Assembly: GCA_963702095.1 (NCBI GenBank)
Contig: OY969706.1
Location: forward strand, 576,001 to 640,000
From: Candidatus Bathyarchaeota archaeon
GTDB taxonomy: Archaea; Thermoproteota; Bathyarchaeia; Bathyarchaeales; Bathycorpusculaceae
DNA length: 64,000 bases
Direction of reading: 5' to 3'
Both the position numbers and the translations under genes were made by a program. The notes under the pieces were generated by a model. That model made no database searches. It worked only from the letters and a program-made list of their open reading frames with translations, and was not told the origin of the DNA. Positions 29,042 through 39,644 of the stretch are shown here, one piece after another; position 1 is the first letter of the stretch, and each line of letters begins with the position of its first letter.

Positions 29042-29915
29042 GTGGCTAATTTTTCTGGGCTGCGCTGTCCCCTACCGCGTGTCCTCTTATGAGATTTCTT
29101 CGCGTAAAGTTCTCGCCAAGTTGGGGGTTGAATTGGTTGAGATGCCAGAATTCAGCTGTTGCGGTTTACCCTTTGACCCCGTCAGCCACGAAACCATGAT
29201 GATTTTGGCGGCGAAGAATCTTGCGTTAGCTGAGCAGCAGGGCTTAAACATCCTAACGCTCTGCCCCGGATGCGCAGGCACACTTAAAAAAGTCAATAAA
29301 ACCCTCAAAGCCGACAAAGCACAACGCGACGAAGTTAACAGTCACCTCAAAGAAGCAGGATTAGAGTACAAGGGCACAGTTGAAACCAAGCATCTGCTCC
29401 AGTTCCTCAAAGAAGACATTGGGATAGATAAAATCAAAGCCTCTGTTACCCGACCCCTAACCGATCTCAAAGTAGCCGAACACAACGGCTGCCACATCCT
29501 GCGCCCCAAAGAGTACATCGGCTTCGACGACCCTGAAGACCCACAGACGCTTAAGGCACTCATAGAAGCCACGGGCGCAACTTGCCTGGACTACATTGAT
29601 GAAACCGAATGCTGCGGCGCACCCAGCGTCGGCGTAAGCGACAAAGTCGCGTTGGCGCTTGCCAGAGACAAACTCAACCACATAAAGATGGTTGACGCCC
29701 AAGCACTTATCACAATTTGTCCATTCTGCCATATCATGTACGATACAAATGAGCTTCGGATAGAGAAAACTTTTAACGAGGTCTATGGCATTCCAATTCT
29801 GCATTATCCACAATTACTTGGATTAGCCATGGGCATGTCCCCCGAGGAATTAGCCTTTGGCGAACTTCGAGTAAACCCACAAAAAATAACCGCGCAATTC
29901 ACCACTAAGGAGTAA
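29028..29915 (+). CDS. hdrB: Heterodisulfide reductase subunit B
   Basis: FLGC, two CCG domains, CPGC, CPFCH; start at MSSNK. Confidence 0.92.
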   Translation: MSSNKWLIFLGCAVPYRVSSYEISSRKVLAKLGVELVEMPEFSCCGLPFDPVSHETMMILAAKNLALAEQQGLNILTLCPGCAGTLKKVNKTLKADKAQRDEVNSHLKEAGLEYKGTVETKHLLQFLKEDIGIDKIKASVTRPLTDLKVAEHNGCHILRPKEYIGFDDPEDPQTLKALIEATGATCLDYIDETECCGAPSVGVSDKVALALARDKLNHIKMVDAQALITICPFCHIMYDTNELRIEKTFNEVYGIPILHYPQLLGLAMGMSPEELAFGELRVNPQKITAQFTTKE

Positions 29916-29922
29916 ACAAGCC

Positions 29923-30912
29923 ATGAGTAAACCTAAGCTTAAGATAGCCTTTTACTGGGCTGCAAGCTGCGGCGGCTGTGAAGTAGCCGTCTTAGACATA
30001 GACGAGAAAATCCTCGACGTAGTACAAATAGCTGACATTGTGTTCTGGCCAGCCGCTATGGACATCAAGTACAAAGACGTCGAGGCGCTTGAAGACAACT
30101 ACATCGACATAACCTTCTTCAACGGTTCCATCCGCAACAGCGAACAGGAACACATGGCAAAACTGCTCCGCCAAAAAACCAAAACCCTCATCGCCTTCGG
30201 TTCATGCGCCCACGAAGGTAGCGTCCCCGGCTTAGCCAACCTAAACGACAAAGCCGAAGTTTTCGACCAAGTCTACATAAAAGACAAATCCAACGTTAAC
30301 CCCCAATCAACTGTGCCTAAATCAGAAACACAAGTCAAAGAAGGCACCCTTAAACTCCCAGAATTCTACGACACCGTTAGAACCCTTTCACAAGTCGTAG
30401 ACGTAGACTACTACCTCCCCGGTTGCCCACCCCCAGTCAAACTGACCGCTGCCGCAATCGACGCCATAGCCTCCAACAACCTCCCCCCCAAAGGCTCCGT
30501 GTTGGCACCGCCTAAAGCTGTCTGCGACGAATGCCCACGCAAACGCGACAACAAAAAAATAGACAGAATCTACCGCGTTTACGAGAAAGAGCCTGAACCA
30601 GAAAAATGCCTTCTTGAGCAAGGTATCCTCTGTATGGGTCCAGCGACCAGAAGCGGTTGTGGCGCTAAATGCTTAGCTGTTGATATGCCCTGTACTGGCT
30701 GCGGCGGCAAAGCCCCCAACGTGCCCGAGCAGGGAGCAGCCATGATAACCGCGTTAGCGTCTATTTTGGGTTATGACGGTGTTGAAGGCAAAACCGCCTA
30801 CACCGAGAAGGAGGTTGAAGATTTAATCAGCCAAATCAAGGACCCCGCTGGCACCTTCTACATGTACAGTTTACCAGCTTCAACCCTTAAACGCAAGGTG
30901 ATTAAGAAATGA
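29923..30912 (+). CDS. mvhG: Group 3c hydrogenase small subunit
   Basis: SCGGC, FGSCA, PGCPP, VCDECP, CMGPATRSGCG, CTGCGG. Confidence 0.9.
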   Translation: MSKPKLKIAFYWAASCGGCEVAVLDIDEKILDVVQIADIVFWPAAMDIKYKDVEALEDNYIDITFFNGSIRNSEQEHMAKLLRQKTKTLIAFGSCAHEGSVPGLANLNDKAEVFDQVYIKDKSNVNPQSTVPKSETQVKEGTLKLPEFYDTVRTLSQVVDVDYYLPGCPPPVKLTAAAIDAIASNNLPPKGSVLAPPKAVCDECPRKRDNKKIDRIYRVYEKEPEPEKCLLEQGILCMGPATRSGCGAKCLAVDMPCTGCGGKAPNVPEQGAAMITALASILGYDGVEGKTAYTEKEVEDLISQIKDPAGTFYMYSLPASTLKRKVIKK

Positions 30913-32360
30913 AAGAAATACTAATTGACCCAATAACACGGCTCGAAGGACACGGCAACGTATCTATATTCCTAAACGACAAGGGCGAAGTAGAAAACGC
31001 CTACCTCAAAATTCCCGAACTCCGTGGATTTGAGAAATTCTGCATTGGCAGAAGAGCTGAGCTCATGCCGCAACTTACCAGCCGCATCTGCGGTGTCTGC
31101 CCAGTTGCGCACCACTTTGCCGGAACCAAAGCCCTCGACGCAGCCTTCAACGTTGAACCGCCCTCAGCAGCCAAGAAGCTCCGTGAACTCATGTACGCCG
31201 CATACGTCATTTATGACCACACACTCCACTTCTACTACCTCGGCGGACCAGACTTCATCGTGGGCATCGATGCTCCACCAGAAAAACGCAACATCATAGG
31301 AGTCATCGAAAAAGCAGGCTTAGACGTAGCTAAAGATGTCATCAAACACCGTGCGTATGGACAGAAAATTACAGAGATCATCGGCGGCAAAGCCACTCAC
31401 CCAACATGTGGATTACCCGGTGGAATATCCAAGCCCCTGAGCGAAGAGAACCGTGCTGAAATTGAGCGGATGGCTGCTTCATGCAAAGACTTCGCCCAAT
31501 TCACCCTAAAACTCTTCCACGACATTGTTTTGGGCAACGCCAAATACGTGGGCTTAATCAAAAGCCAAGCCTACACACTGCCAACCTACTACATGGGCAC
31601 TGTAGACGGAAATAACAAAGTCAACTTCTACGACGGTAAAGTCCGCGTAGTCGACCCCAAAGGCACAGAATTCGCCAAATTCGACGCTCAAGATTACCTC
31701 AGCCACATCGGCGAACACGTTGAAGAATGGACATACAGTAAATTCCCGTACCTCAAAGCAGTCGGCTGGAAAGGACAAATTGCAGGCGCAGGTAGCGGTA
31801 TCTATCGTGTTGGACCGCTCGGCAGATTAAATGCTTCGGATGGCATGGCAACCCCGTTGGCGCAGGCAGAATACGAGGAAATGTATAGGACCTTGGGTAA
31901 ACCTGTCCACAGCACACTTGCTTTCCATTGGGCAAGACTCATCGAACTCATGTACGCAACCGAACGCGCCATGGAACTCGTTAAAGACCCAGAAATCACA
32001 AGCACAAAAGTCCGCAACAAAGTCGGCGAACCCGGCGAAGGCGTAGGTATAGTCGAAGCAGCACGGGGCACACTTATCCACCACTATGTACTCGACAAAG
32101 ACGCGATGGTAAAAGACGTTAACCTGATTGTTGCCACAACCAACAATTACCCAGCTATCTGCATGAGTATCCGCGACGCAGCTAAAGGCCTCATACACGG
32201 CGGCAAAGTCGATGAAGGCATCCTCAACATGGTTGAAATGGCGTTCCGCGCTTACGATCCATGCTTCGGCTGCGCAACCCACAGTGCATTCGGCAAGATG
32301 CCCCTGACAGTCGAGGTCTACAACGCAGACAAAAAAGTAGTCGATTCAGTTAGTCGCTAA
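30909..32360 (+). CDS. mvhA: Group 3c hydrogenase large subunit
   Basis: TRLEGH, RICGVCPVAH, RAYDPCFGCATH. Confidence 0.92.
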   Translation: MKEILIDPITRLEGHGNVSIFLNDKGEVENAYLKIPELRGFEKFCIGRRAELMPQLTSRICGVCPVAHHFAGTKALDAAFNVEPPSAAKKLRELMYAAYVIYDHTLHFYYLGGPDFIVGIDAPPEKRNIIGVIEKAGLDVAKDVIKHRAYGQKITEIIGGKATHPTCGLPGGISKPLSEENRAEIERMAASCKDFAQFTLKLFHDIVLGNAKYVGLIKSQAYTLPTYYMGTVDGNNKVNFYDGKVRVVDPKGTEFAKFDAQDYLSHIGEHVEEWTYSKFPYLKAVGWKGQIAGAGSGIYRVGPLGRLNASDGMATPLAQAEYEEMYRTLGKPVHSTLAFHWARLIELMYATERAMELVKDPEITSTKVRNKVGEPGEGVGIVEAARGTLIHHYVLDKDAMVKDVNLIVATTNNYPAICMSIRDAAKGLIHGGKVDEGILNMVEMAFRAYDPCFGCATHSAFGKMPLTVEVYNADKKVVDSVSR

Positions 32361-32441
32361 ATCCTTAACCCATCTTGGGTTCTTTCTCTTTTTGTTGTAA
32401 ACTTTTAAGTCCTTGTATGCCCTGTTTGTGGTTGACCATTT

Positions 32442-32927
32442 ATGGCTGACAATGTCGAGGAGGATTTGCGTGACTGGATCAAAGACGCCAAACGAGTTGT
32501 GTTAGTCGGCGTCGGCAACCCGATTCGCCAAGACGACAACATCGCCCTAAAAATCCTAGAGGGCTTACAGGGCAAACTCCCCAAAAACGTCTGTCTCTTG
32601 GAATGCGAGATGGTTCCCGAAGGCTACCTACTCGACATCGAAGAATTCAAGCCCACCCATGTGCTGCTCATTGACTCCGCGGTTTTGGGACGCAAACCCG
32701 GCGAAGCCAACTTGGTGCAGTTCGGTGAGGTGGCGGCTTTCTCGGCGATTTCCTCGCATATGCTGCCGCTGCGGCTCTTCTGTGAGTACGTGGCTAAGTC
32801 GACTGGCGCAAAAATCCGGTTGTTGCTTATAGAGCCTAAGTGTATGGGGTTCGGCGAAGAATTAACTCCTGAATTACAGGCGGCAGCGCAAAAGTTAACT
32901 GGGCTTCTGCTTAATCTGCTGAGTTAG
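32442..32927 (+). CDS. Hydrogenase maturation protease (HycI-like)
   Basis: GVGNPIRQDD, VPE, LLIDS, SSHMLPL. Confidence 0.9.
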   Translation: MADNVEEDLRDWIKDAKRVVLVGVGNPIRQDDNIALKILEGLQGKLPKNVCLLECEMVPEGYLLDIEEFKPTHVLLIDSAVLGRKPGEANLVQFGEVAAFSAISSHMLPLRLFCEYVAKSTGAKIRLLLIEPKCMGFGEELTPELQAAAQKLTGLLLNLLS

Positions 32928-33384
32928 CTTCCTTTCTTTTAAACACGTAATCTATCGAAAGTACCAGTTTGCCATGTATGTAGTGGGTTTCTTTGAGTTC
33001 AATTTGGTCCTTAGTTACCCAATTGGCTAAGATATGCTCTTCTTCCTCCTGGTCCTCGTAGGTGCCTCGCCAGTGAAGTTCAAGGGTCGAATCATCCATC
33101 CATCTGCCGATGTGGTCATGGGTGTCTCCCTCGGAGGTGATGCTGAAAAGATGCACTTCGCCCGTGGCTGGGTCGAAGCTCCAGAGGTCATTTTCAAAGT
33201 AATCCTCGTATCCTTCGATGTGGGTGTCGATTTCACTGTTTATGCCCGGTGCAATTTCTTCCGCGGTCATTTCGCCGCAGCCTGCAACCACTTTGTCCTC
33301 GCTGGTTTTGAGTGCGATGCCTACGGTCCATTCGCCTAGGAGTTGCTTGAGTAATTCTTCCCCTTTGATTTGCTGTTGCGTCAT
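32911..33384 (-). CDS. Acidic beta-barrel hypothetical protein (DUF1579-like)
   Basis: LLGEW N-terminal motif, FDPATG; family assignment tentative. Confidence 0.55.
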   Translation of the reverse strand: MTQQQIKGEELLKQLLGEWTVGIALKTSEDKVVAGCGEMTAEEIAPGINSEIDTHIEGYEDYFENDLWSFDPATGEVHLFSITSEGDTHDHIGRWMDDSTLELHWRGTYEDQEEEEHILANWVTKDQIELKETHYIHGKLVLSIDYVFKRKEANSAD

Positions 33385-33494
33385 AAGAATCAAGCACTCT
33401 TTAGCCGAAAACATGTAATAAACCGATGTGACTGGCTTATGCCGACAACTCTTCGGGTTACGTTAATTAGCAAGTTTACGGTTACCTTTTTGCA

Positions 33495-33983
33495 GTGAGC
33501 AGCTTGGTTGGCAAAGCAGTTATCGTTATGGGTTCCGAACGTGACTTGGATTTTAGCCGTGAAATCTGCAAGTACCTCAAACTTCTCGGCGTAACCTATG
33601 AGTTCCGCGTGGCTTCAGCACACAAAACCCCCCTAACCGTGCTTGGGATTCTCAAGGAATTCGAAGAGGAAAAAGTCGTGTATATTACCGTAGCTGGGCG
33701 CTCCAATGCACTCAGCGCCTTCATAGACGGCAACACCCAAAAACCCGTTATCGCCTGTCCACCCTACAGCGAAAAATACGGCGGCGCAGACATTTACTCG
33801 TCGCTGCGGGTGCCAAGCGGCATCGGCTCCGTCGTCACAGTCGAGCCTGAAGGGGCGGCGATTGCAACCGCGAAGATTCTGGGTTTAGAAGACCCTGAAG
33901 TGCAGTCTAAAGTCAAGGATTACCAGAGCAGCAAAAAAAGTGCCCTTGACATGGCTAATGAAAACATCCAGAAACTCAAGTAA
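33495..33983 (+). CDS. purE: AIR carboxylase
   Basis: MGSERD, SAHKTP, AGRSNAL, PVIACPP, SSLRVPSG. Confidence 0.93.
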   Translation: MSSLVGKAVIVMGSERDLDFSREICKYLKLLGVTYEFRVASAHKTPLTVLGILKEFEEEKVVYITVAGRSNALSAFIDGNTQKPVIACPPYSEKYGGADIYSSLRVPSGIGSVVTVEPEGAAIATAKILGLEDPEVQSKVKDYQSSKKSALDMANENIQKLK

Positions 33984-34216
33984 CCATTACTACTGCAGGC
34001 AAAATAGTTTTTCTATTGTTAGATGAAGGCAGAGTTGCCCTTGCTCATCATCTTCCTGTGGGCTTGTCTGGCGGCTGCTTTTCTGCCTCAGCATCTAGGC
34101 TACATTGCAAGCAAGTTGTGGACAAATCCGCAAGCAAAACACCAAATTCTTGATTAACTTAATAAAATACTGCAACAAAATTTTGCCCGATTTAGTTAGT
34201 TTTTGCAAAAACTGTT

Positions 34217-35404
34217 TTATGTGTGTGCCTCTTTTTCGCTTTCGAATTCTCCGCTGTGTCCCATTAAACCCGTTTTCTTTATCCAAACCCACATCAGCAG
34301 GCTGCCGCCGATTGTGGCGCTAGTCATAAGCACTAGGTAAGCGGGCAGGAAATCTGGTCCTATAACCCACACCGAGTTACCCAAAACTGTGGCGATGGTG
34401 TTTGGGATCAGTATGGCTGTGCCAATTATGGTTAAGTAGGCGACTATTTTGGATAAGCGGTTGTTGAGTAGGGTCAGTTTGTTGTTGGATATGGTGAGTT
34501 GGTTGTTTGCGATTGTTAGTTGGTTGTTGTAAATCGATTGGGTGGCTTCTATGCCTGACGCCAACACTTCAGACATGTGTTCGGATAAGCCGATTTGGCT
34601 CTTGACCTGATCCACCATGGCAGCGAACAAGTTCACCAGTTTAGGATTATCCGTCAAAAGCTCGGCGTCGCCATATCGAATCGTCTGCAGCACATCCACG
34701 CTTTCCCAAAGCGCATTAAGATAGATTATGAGGGCGTGTTTCATCTCATAAATTTTTGGACCCAAAACGGCTTTGTCAACGTCTCTATCCATAAGGTCCC
34801 GGTTGAGGTCGTCGCCGAATTCCTCTATGATCCTTAAATGCCTAAAGTTGCTGTCGTTGTTAGCTTCCAAAATCCGTAAGAGCAGAATAGTCAGCCTGTC
34901 CTCGGGTCTAATGTCCATGGGGATTTTTCTTAGAAACGTCTCTGAATACCTGCGGAGCCTAAGAAACCGTTTGTCTATGAGACGAGGGTGGAATGTGAAA
35001 ATCAAGTTTTTCCTAATCAACACCACAAGCGGATGCGCTTTAACGTCGGTCCCTCTGATTTGGACGGCTGGGAAAGTCAACCACATTTCAGTGTCAAAAT
35101 CCGAGTAGTTAAGTTGGTCACAGCCTGATAGGTTGTTGATGAAGGCTTCGGTAAAACCCATCTGGGCAGCCACCATCGGCAAGTCTTTGGTTGGGTCATC
35201 AGTGATGTAGTCAACCCAAGTGATGCTTGAATGGTTAACTATTTCCAAAAAATTGTTGGGTGCCTCATCTTCCTGCTTGAAAGTTCGACCCGAAGATTCG
35301 ACGCCCGCGCAGAACCACCGTTTAGGCAGCAACTCCAACGGAGTTGTTGTTGAAGAATTAAACCTTGTCTGTGCAGTCGGTACTGCCTGTTCTTGGACCA
35401 CCAT
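34217..35404 (-). CDS. CorA-family cation transporter
   Basis: Soluble funnel domain, long helix, two C-terminal TMs; the canonical GMN motif is not evident (LGNS). Confidence 0.7.
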   Translation of the reverse strand: MVVQEQAVPTAQTRFNSSTTTPLELLPKRWFCAGVESSGRTFKQEDEAPNNFLEIVNHSSITWVDYITDDPTKDLPMVAAQMGFTEAFINNLSGCDQLNYSDFDTEMWLTFPAVQIRGTDVKAHPLVVLIRKNLIFTFHPRLIDKRFLRLRRYSETFLRKIPMDIRPEDRLTILLLRILEANNDSNFRHLRIIEEFGDDLNRDLMDRDVDKAVLGPKIYEMKHALIIYLNALWESVDVLQTIRYGDAELLTDNPKLVNLFAAMVDQVKSQIGLSEHMSEVLASGIEATQSIYNNQLTIANNQLTISNNKLTLLNNRLSKIVAYLTIIGTAILIPNTIATVLGNSVWVIGPDFLPAYLVLMTSATIGGSLLMWVWIKKTGLMGHSGEFESEKEAHT

Positions 35405-35561
35405 TTTTTCCGCCGCTCCAAATATGCCTTGAGTATATTAGCCCATTCCGCTTTGTTGGGGATAAATAGCTTTTGCTCTTGCATCGGTTTAGTTCCATTT
35501 TTTAACTAGATAAAGTGATATATTTCCCAAAATAGATTATCAAACACCTGAGGCAATTAAC

Positions 35562-36620
35562 ATGGGTAGCGTAAAAGACCTGAATGTAATCCAACAACCA
35601 ACCCCGACCGCCATGGGCACTGGACGATTCCTTTTCAGCGACCGTTACAGCGTGTTTGACTGGGGCGAAATGCCTGACCACATCGGAGGCAAAGGCGCAG
35701 CCCTCTGCCTGATGGGAGCATACTGCTTCGAGCAACTCGAGAAGCAAGGCGTGAAAACCCATTACCGCGGCTTAGTAAACAGGGCTGGCAAAGCAGTTAA
35801 GGTTGATGCCCTCAGTGAGCCCTCAGCCACTATGGAAGTGGCATTGGTTAACGTTTACCGCCCCCAAACCAGCGTCGCCGACGGCAAAGTGGTCCATGAC
35901 TACAGCGCCTATACGCCGAGCATCAGAAACTGCCTTATCCCGCTTGAAATCATCTACCGCAATGGTCTCCCCGAAGGCAGCTCCGTCTTTAAGCGGTTGA
36001 CTCAGGGAAAAGTCACCTTAACAGACCTTGGCTTAGACCATCAGCCACAGCCCGGCGAAACCCTCAAAAAACCCATCTTCGACGTCAGCACCAAACTTGA
36101 AGAAACCGACCGCTATGTCACATGGGCTGAGGCGCAGAAAATTGCAGGCTTAACCGACGCCGAACTCTCCGAAGTCAAAGCTGTTCTGCTAAGAGCCGAT
36201 GAAACAATAACCAAAGCAGCCGCCAACGCAAGCCTAAAAAACGAGGACGGCAAAATCGAGTTAGCCTTCGACGAACAGCGCAGACTCATGTTTGTCGACG
36301 TACTGGGCACCCTCGACGAATGCCGCTTCACCTTCGACGGTGTGCACGTCAGCAAAGAAGTTGCTCGGCAATTCTACAAGAAAACCCAGTGGTACAGTGA
36401 TGTGGAACAAGCCAAAAAGGACGCGGAAGCCAAGGGTGTGCAGGATTGGAAGTCACTGTGCAAGTCGCAGCCCCCTCCGCTTGACCCCAAACTTAAAACA
36501 ATAATAAGCCAGATGTACATGGCGGTGGCAAACGAGATGACGGAGAAAACCCTGTTTAACTCGCCTAAACTTGCCGATGTCATAGGCGATTACAAAAGGT
36601 ACATGGAGGAAAAAACATGA
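35562..36620 (+). CDS. purC: SAICAR synthetase
   Basis: GSVKD, FSDRYSVFDWG, STKLE, DGKIE, GTLDECRF. Confidence 0.95.
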   Translation: MGSVKDLNVIQQPTPTAMGTGRFLFSDRYSVFDWGEMPDHIGGKGAALCLMGAYCFEQLEKQGVKTHYRGLVNRAGKAVKVDALSEPSATMEVALVNVYRPQTSVADGKVVHDYSAYTPSIRNCLIPLEIIYRNGLPEGSSVFKRLTQGKVTLTDLGLDHQPQPGETLKKPIFDVSTKLEETDRYVTWAEAQKIAGLTDAELSEVKAVLLRADETITKAAANASLKNEDGKIELAFDEQRRLMFVDVLGTLDECRFTFDGVHVSKEVARQFYKKTQWYSDVEQAKKDAEAKGVQDWKSLCKSQPPPLDPKLKTIISQMYMAVANEMTEKTLFNSPKLADVIGDYKRYMEEKT

Positions 36621-37717
36621 ATATGCAAGACAAAATCAAGCAGGTCCTAATGGACTACAACCCAGATGAAATCCGCATAGGCGTCTTGGGCAGCCACTCC
36701 GCATTGGAAATCGCTTCAGGCGCCAAGCAGGAGGGCTTCGAAACCGTTGTGGTATGCGAAAACGGCCGAGAAAAAACCTACGCCCGATACTACAGCAACA
36801 TTTTTGACAAATTTATTTTCCTCGACAAATTCTCAGACATCACCAACCCCGAAACCGTCAAGGAACTCCAAGACCTAAACACCGTTTTTGTACCCAACCG
36901 ATCTTTCAGCGTCTACGCAGGCTACGACGCGATTGAACAAAAATTCACTGTGCCCTTGATGGGTAACCGTTGGCTACTAAAAACCGAGGAACGCAACGCA
37001 CCCAAAAACCAGTTGTGGCTCCTAAAAGAAGCCGGCATCCAAATTCCCCAAGCTTTCAAGTCACCAAAAGAAATCGACCGCCCAGCCATCGTCAAAGTCC
37101 CCGAAAAAGGCAGAACCATCGAACGCGCCTTCTTCTACGCCTCCAGTCCTGAAGAGTATGAGCGGGAAGCGGAGAAACGCATCAAAGCAGGCATCATCAC
37201 CCGTGAAGCACTCGAAGAATCAGTCATCGAAGAATACGTGTTGGGCGCCAAATTCAACGCCAACTACTTTTACTCCTCCCTAAACGACGACATAGACCTC
37301 CTCGGGTTTGACCGCCGAATCCAAACCGACCTCGATGGCGTCCTCGACCTTCCCGCCCGCGAACAACTCGAACTAAACGTTGCGACGCAAAACATTGAGA
37401 TCGGCCACATGGGCGTTACCATGCGGGAGAGCCAACTTGAAAAAGTCTTTGAAGCTGGCGAACGCTGGGTGCGGGTTTGCAGCAAAGAGTTCCCGCCGGG
37501 CATGATAGGATTATTCGCCCTGCAAGGTGCAGTCACCAAGGACCTACAATTCAAGATCTTCGATGTCAGCCCCCGCGTCCCCGGTTGTCCCTGTGTAGAA
37601 CCCACCTCGCCCTACATGAAGTACAAGTACGGAATAGAAGTCGGCCCTGGCAAAAGGGTCGCCATGGAAATCAAACGTGCCGTGCGCAAACGCAGACTAC
37701 CCGAAGTGGTAACTTAA
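36617..37717 (+). CDS. purP: PurP-family ATP-grasp ligase
   Basis: LGSHSAL, VPNRSF, DRRIQT, RESQL, FALQG. Confidence 0.88.
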   Translation: MNMQDKIKQVLMDYNPDEIRIGVLGSHSALEIASGAKQEGFETVVVCENGREKTYARYYSNIFDKFIFLDKFSDITNPETVKELQDLNTVFVPNRSFSVYAGYDAIEQKFTVPLMGNRWLLKTEERNAPKNQLWLLKEAGIQIPQAFKSPKEIDRPAIVKVPEKGRTIERAFFYASSPEEYEREAEKRIKAGIITREALEESVIEEYVLGAKFNANYFYSSLNDDIDLLGFDRRIQTDLDGVLDLPAREQLELNVATQNIEIGHMGVTMRESQLEKVFEAGERWVRVCSKEFPPGMIGLFALQGAVTKDLQFKIFDVSPRVPGCPCVEPTSPYMKYKYGIEVGPGKRVAMEIKRAVRKRRLPEVVT

Positions 37718-37719
37718 AC

Positions 37720-38805
37720 ATGATTGACGCACAAGCTGTTGGAAAAATAATCGAAAAATACGACCAAAAAAAGCTTGCAATCGGCACCTTAGGCTCCCAC
37801 AGTTCACTTAACATTTTCAAGGGCGCAAAAGAAGAAGGATTCCGAACGGTTTGCATCTGCAAAGAAAAAGACGCCATCATGTACCAAAAGTACCCGTTGG
37901 TCGACGAGTTAATCATAGTTAAAGACTTCACTGAACTCCTCAGCGAGACACTGCAGGAGAGACTGCGGAAACTCAACGTCATTTTGATTCCACATGGCTC
38001 ATTCACAGCGTATCTGAGTACTGAACAGTTGACTGATAATTTAGCTGTGCCCATGATGGGAAACCGCAAGCTGCTCCATTGGGAAGCTAACCGCAAATCT
38101 CAGGAGGAATGGCTCCGCCAAGCTGGACTACGCTTGCCCGCAACATTCAACTCGCCCGAAGACATCGACCGCTTAATCATCGCCAAACTGCAAGGCGCCA
38201 AAGGCGGCAGAGGCTACTTCCTAGCCAACTCACCAGAGAACTTTAACAAACAATTCAATGAAATGGTTAAACGCGGCATGCTAACAAAAGACGACCTGCC
38301 AAGCATCCACCTGCAGGAATACGCATTGGGCGTTAACGTGTACCCCAGTTACTTCAGCAGCATCCTAAACGACGAAGTTGAGCTTTTGGCAATGGATCGC
38401 CGCTATGAATCCGCCGTGGATAGCATAGGCAAAATTCCCGCCAGCCAACAACTTGAAATCGACATCAACCCCACCTACACTGTCATAGGCAACTTCCCCA
38501 TAGTGCTCCGAGAGTCACTGCTGCCCGAAGTCATGCGCATGGGCGACAGCGTCCACAAAAAAGCCGCTGAACTCGCACCGCCAGGAATCATCGGCGCTTT
38601 CTGTCTTGAAACAGTCATTACTGACGAAGCTAAAATCTACACCTTCGAAATCTCTGCGCGTATCGTCGCTGGCACCAATGTGGGTATCGGCACCTCACCC
38701 TACGCTTACCTGCGCTATGGCGAGAACATGTATATGGGCAGACGAATCGCAGTGGAACTCAAAGAAGCAGTAAAACGGAAACGACTAAACGAAGTAGTAG
38801 CCTAA
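37720..38805 (+). CDS. purP: PurP-family FAICAR synthetase, second paralog
   Basis: GSHSSL, IPHGSF, GAKGGRGYF, DRRYES, FEISARIVAGTN. Confidence 0.92.
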   Translation: MIDAQAVGKIIEKYDQKKLAIGTLGSHSSLNIFKGAKEEGFRTVCICKEKDAIMYQKYPLVDELIIVKDFTELLSETLQERLRKLNVILIPHGSFTAYLSTEQLTDNLAVPMMGNRKLLHWEANRKSQEEWLRQAGLRLPATFNSPEDIDRLIIAKLQGAKGGRGYFLANSPENFNKQFNEMVKRGMLTKDDLPSIHLQEYALGVNVYPSYFSSILNDEVELLAMDRRYESAVDSIGKIPASQQLEIDINPTYTVIGNFPIVLRESLLPEVMRMGDSVHKKAAELAPPGIIGAFCLETVITDEAKIYTFEISARIVAGTNVGIGTSPYAYLRYGENMYMGRRIAVELKEAVKRKRLNEVVA

Positions 38806-38810
38806 GCAAA

Positions 38811-39572
38811 TTATTCGAGGCACCGTTTTAGGGTGTCATCAAAGTTACTGCGGCTCCGCTCCTTCCTATATTTCCTCAAAGCCGCAACCAACTCAACCCT
38901 GTTCCTTCCCCCAATTATCGCCGCAATCGCTTTGCATACTTCGCTATTGCCCTGAAACAGAAACTGGCACACCGACGTAACGTTCGAGGCGTTGCGTGTG
39001 GTGCTTGCGGTTTCAAAATCAACAATGAACGGCTTATCCGCCTTGTCCATGAGGAGGTGTTTGGGGGCTTTGCTGAGTTCGCCATGGTCTAAGCTGATTG
39101 TGTCGAGCCGCCAGCACTGCTCCAAAATGTCACCGATAACCCCTCGAACAACGTCTTTCTCTATGTGTGTTTTTAGCCAATCCTCCAAAACATCGCCATC
39201 TATAAGATGCATCAAAAGAAAATGCTGGGTAACCCCCATAAATTTGGGACCAACTGCAACGGCGTTGGCTTTCTGCAACAGTTCCGCCTCGCGCTCTAAA
39301 CTCGGGCGGTCAGAATCAACCCTCTGCATCTTAAGTGCCAACCACTCCCCTCCTACTTGTGCCGCCACGACGATGCCGACATAGCCTTTGCCCAGTACCC
39401 GCAGGGTGAAAGCGGATGATTTGCCGCTGAACTCCAGCGTTTCCACTCCGAGTCTCCGTAGCTCTTGGAGGCGACTCTGCATTTCTTGAGGGCTTGCTCT
39501 GGGGTAGCAAACCACTGATGCATAGGGTTCAGCATACAGCTCGTTAATTGACACTTTTATCAGCGGCTTCAT
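38811..39572 (-). CDS. RIO-like atypical Ser/Thr kinase
   Basis: LGKGYVG, ALK, DHGELS, IVDFE. Confidence 0.8.
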   Translation of the reverse strand: MKPLIKVSINELYAEPYASVVCYPRASPQEMQSRLQELRRLGVETLEFSGKSSAFTLRVLGKGYVGIVVAAQVGGEWLALKMQRVDSDRPSLEREAELLQKANAVAVGPKFMGVTQHFLLMHLIDGDVLEDWLKTHIEKDVVRGVIGDILEQCWRLDTISLDHGELSKAPKHLLMDKADKPFIVDFETASTTRNASNVTSVCQFLFQGNSEVCKAIAAIIGGRNRVELVAALRKYRKERSRSNFDDTLKRCLE

Positions 39573-39644
39573 TTTTGGTTCTCTTTGTTATAGATTTAAT
39601 AGGAACATGTTAAGTCAACATAAACCTATCTTGCTGGGTCACTT

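Noticed and set aside
37477-37719. 81-aa N-terminal extension of the second PurP
   Set aside because: It overlaps the first purP in another frame; the real start is ATG 37720.
36617-38805. Tandem purP paralogs as a novelty
   Set aside because: Two PurP-family paralogs are a known arrangement in archaea.
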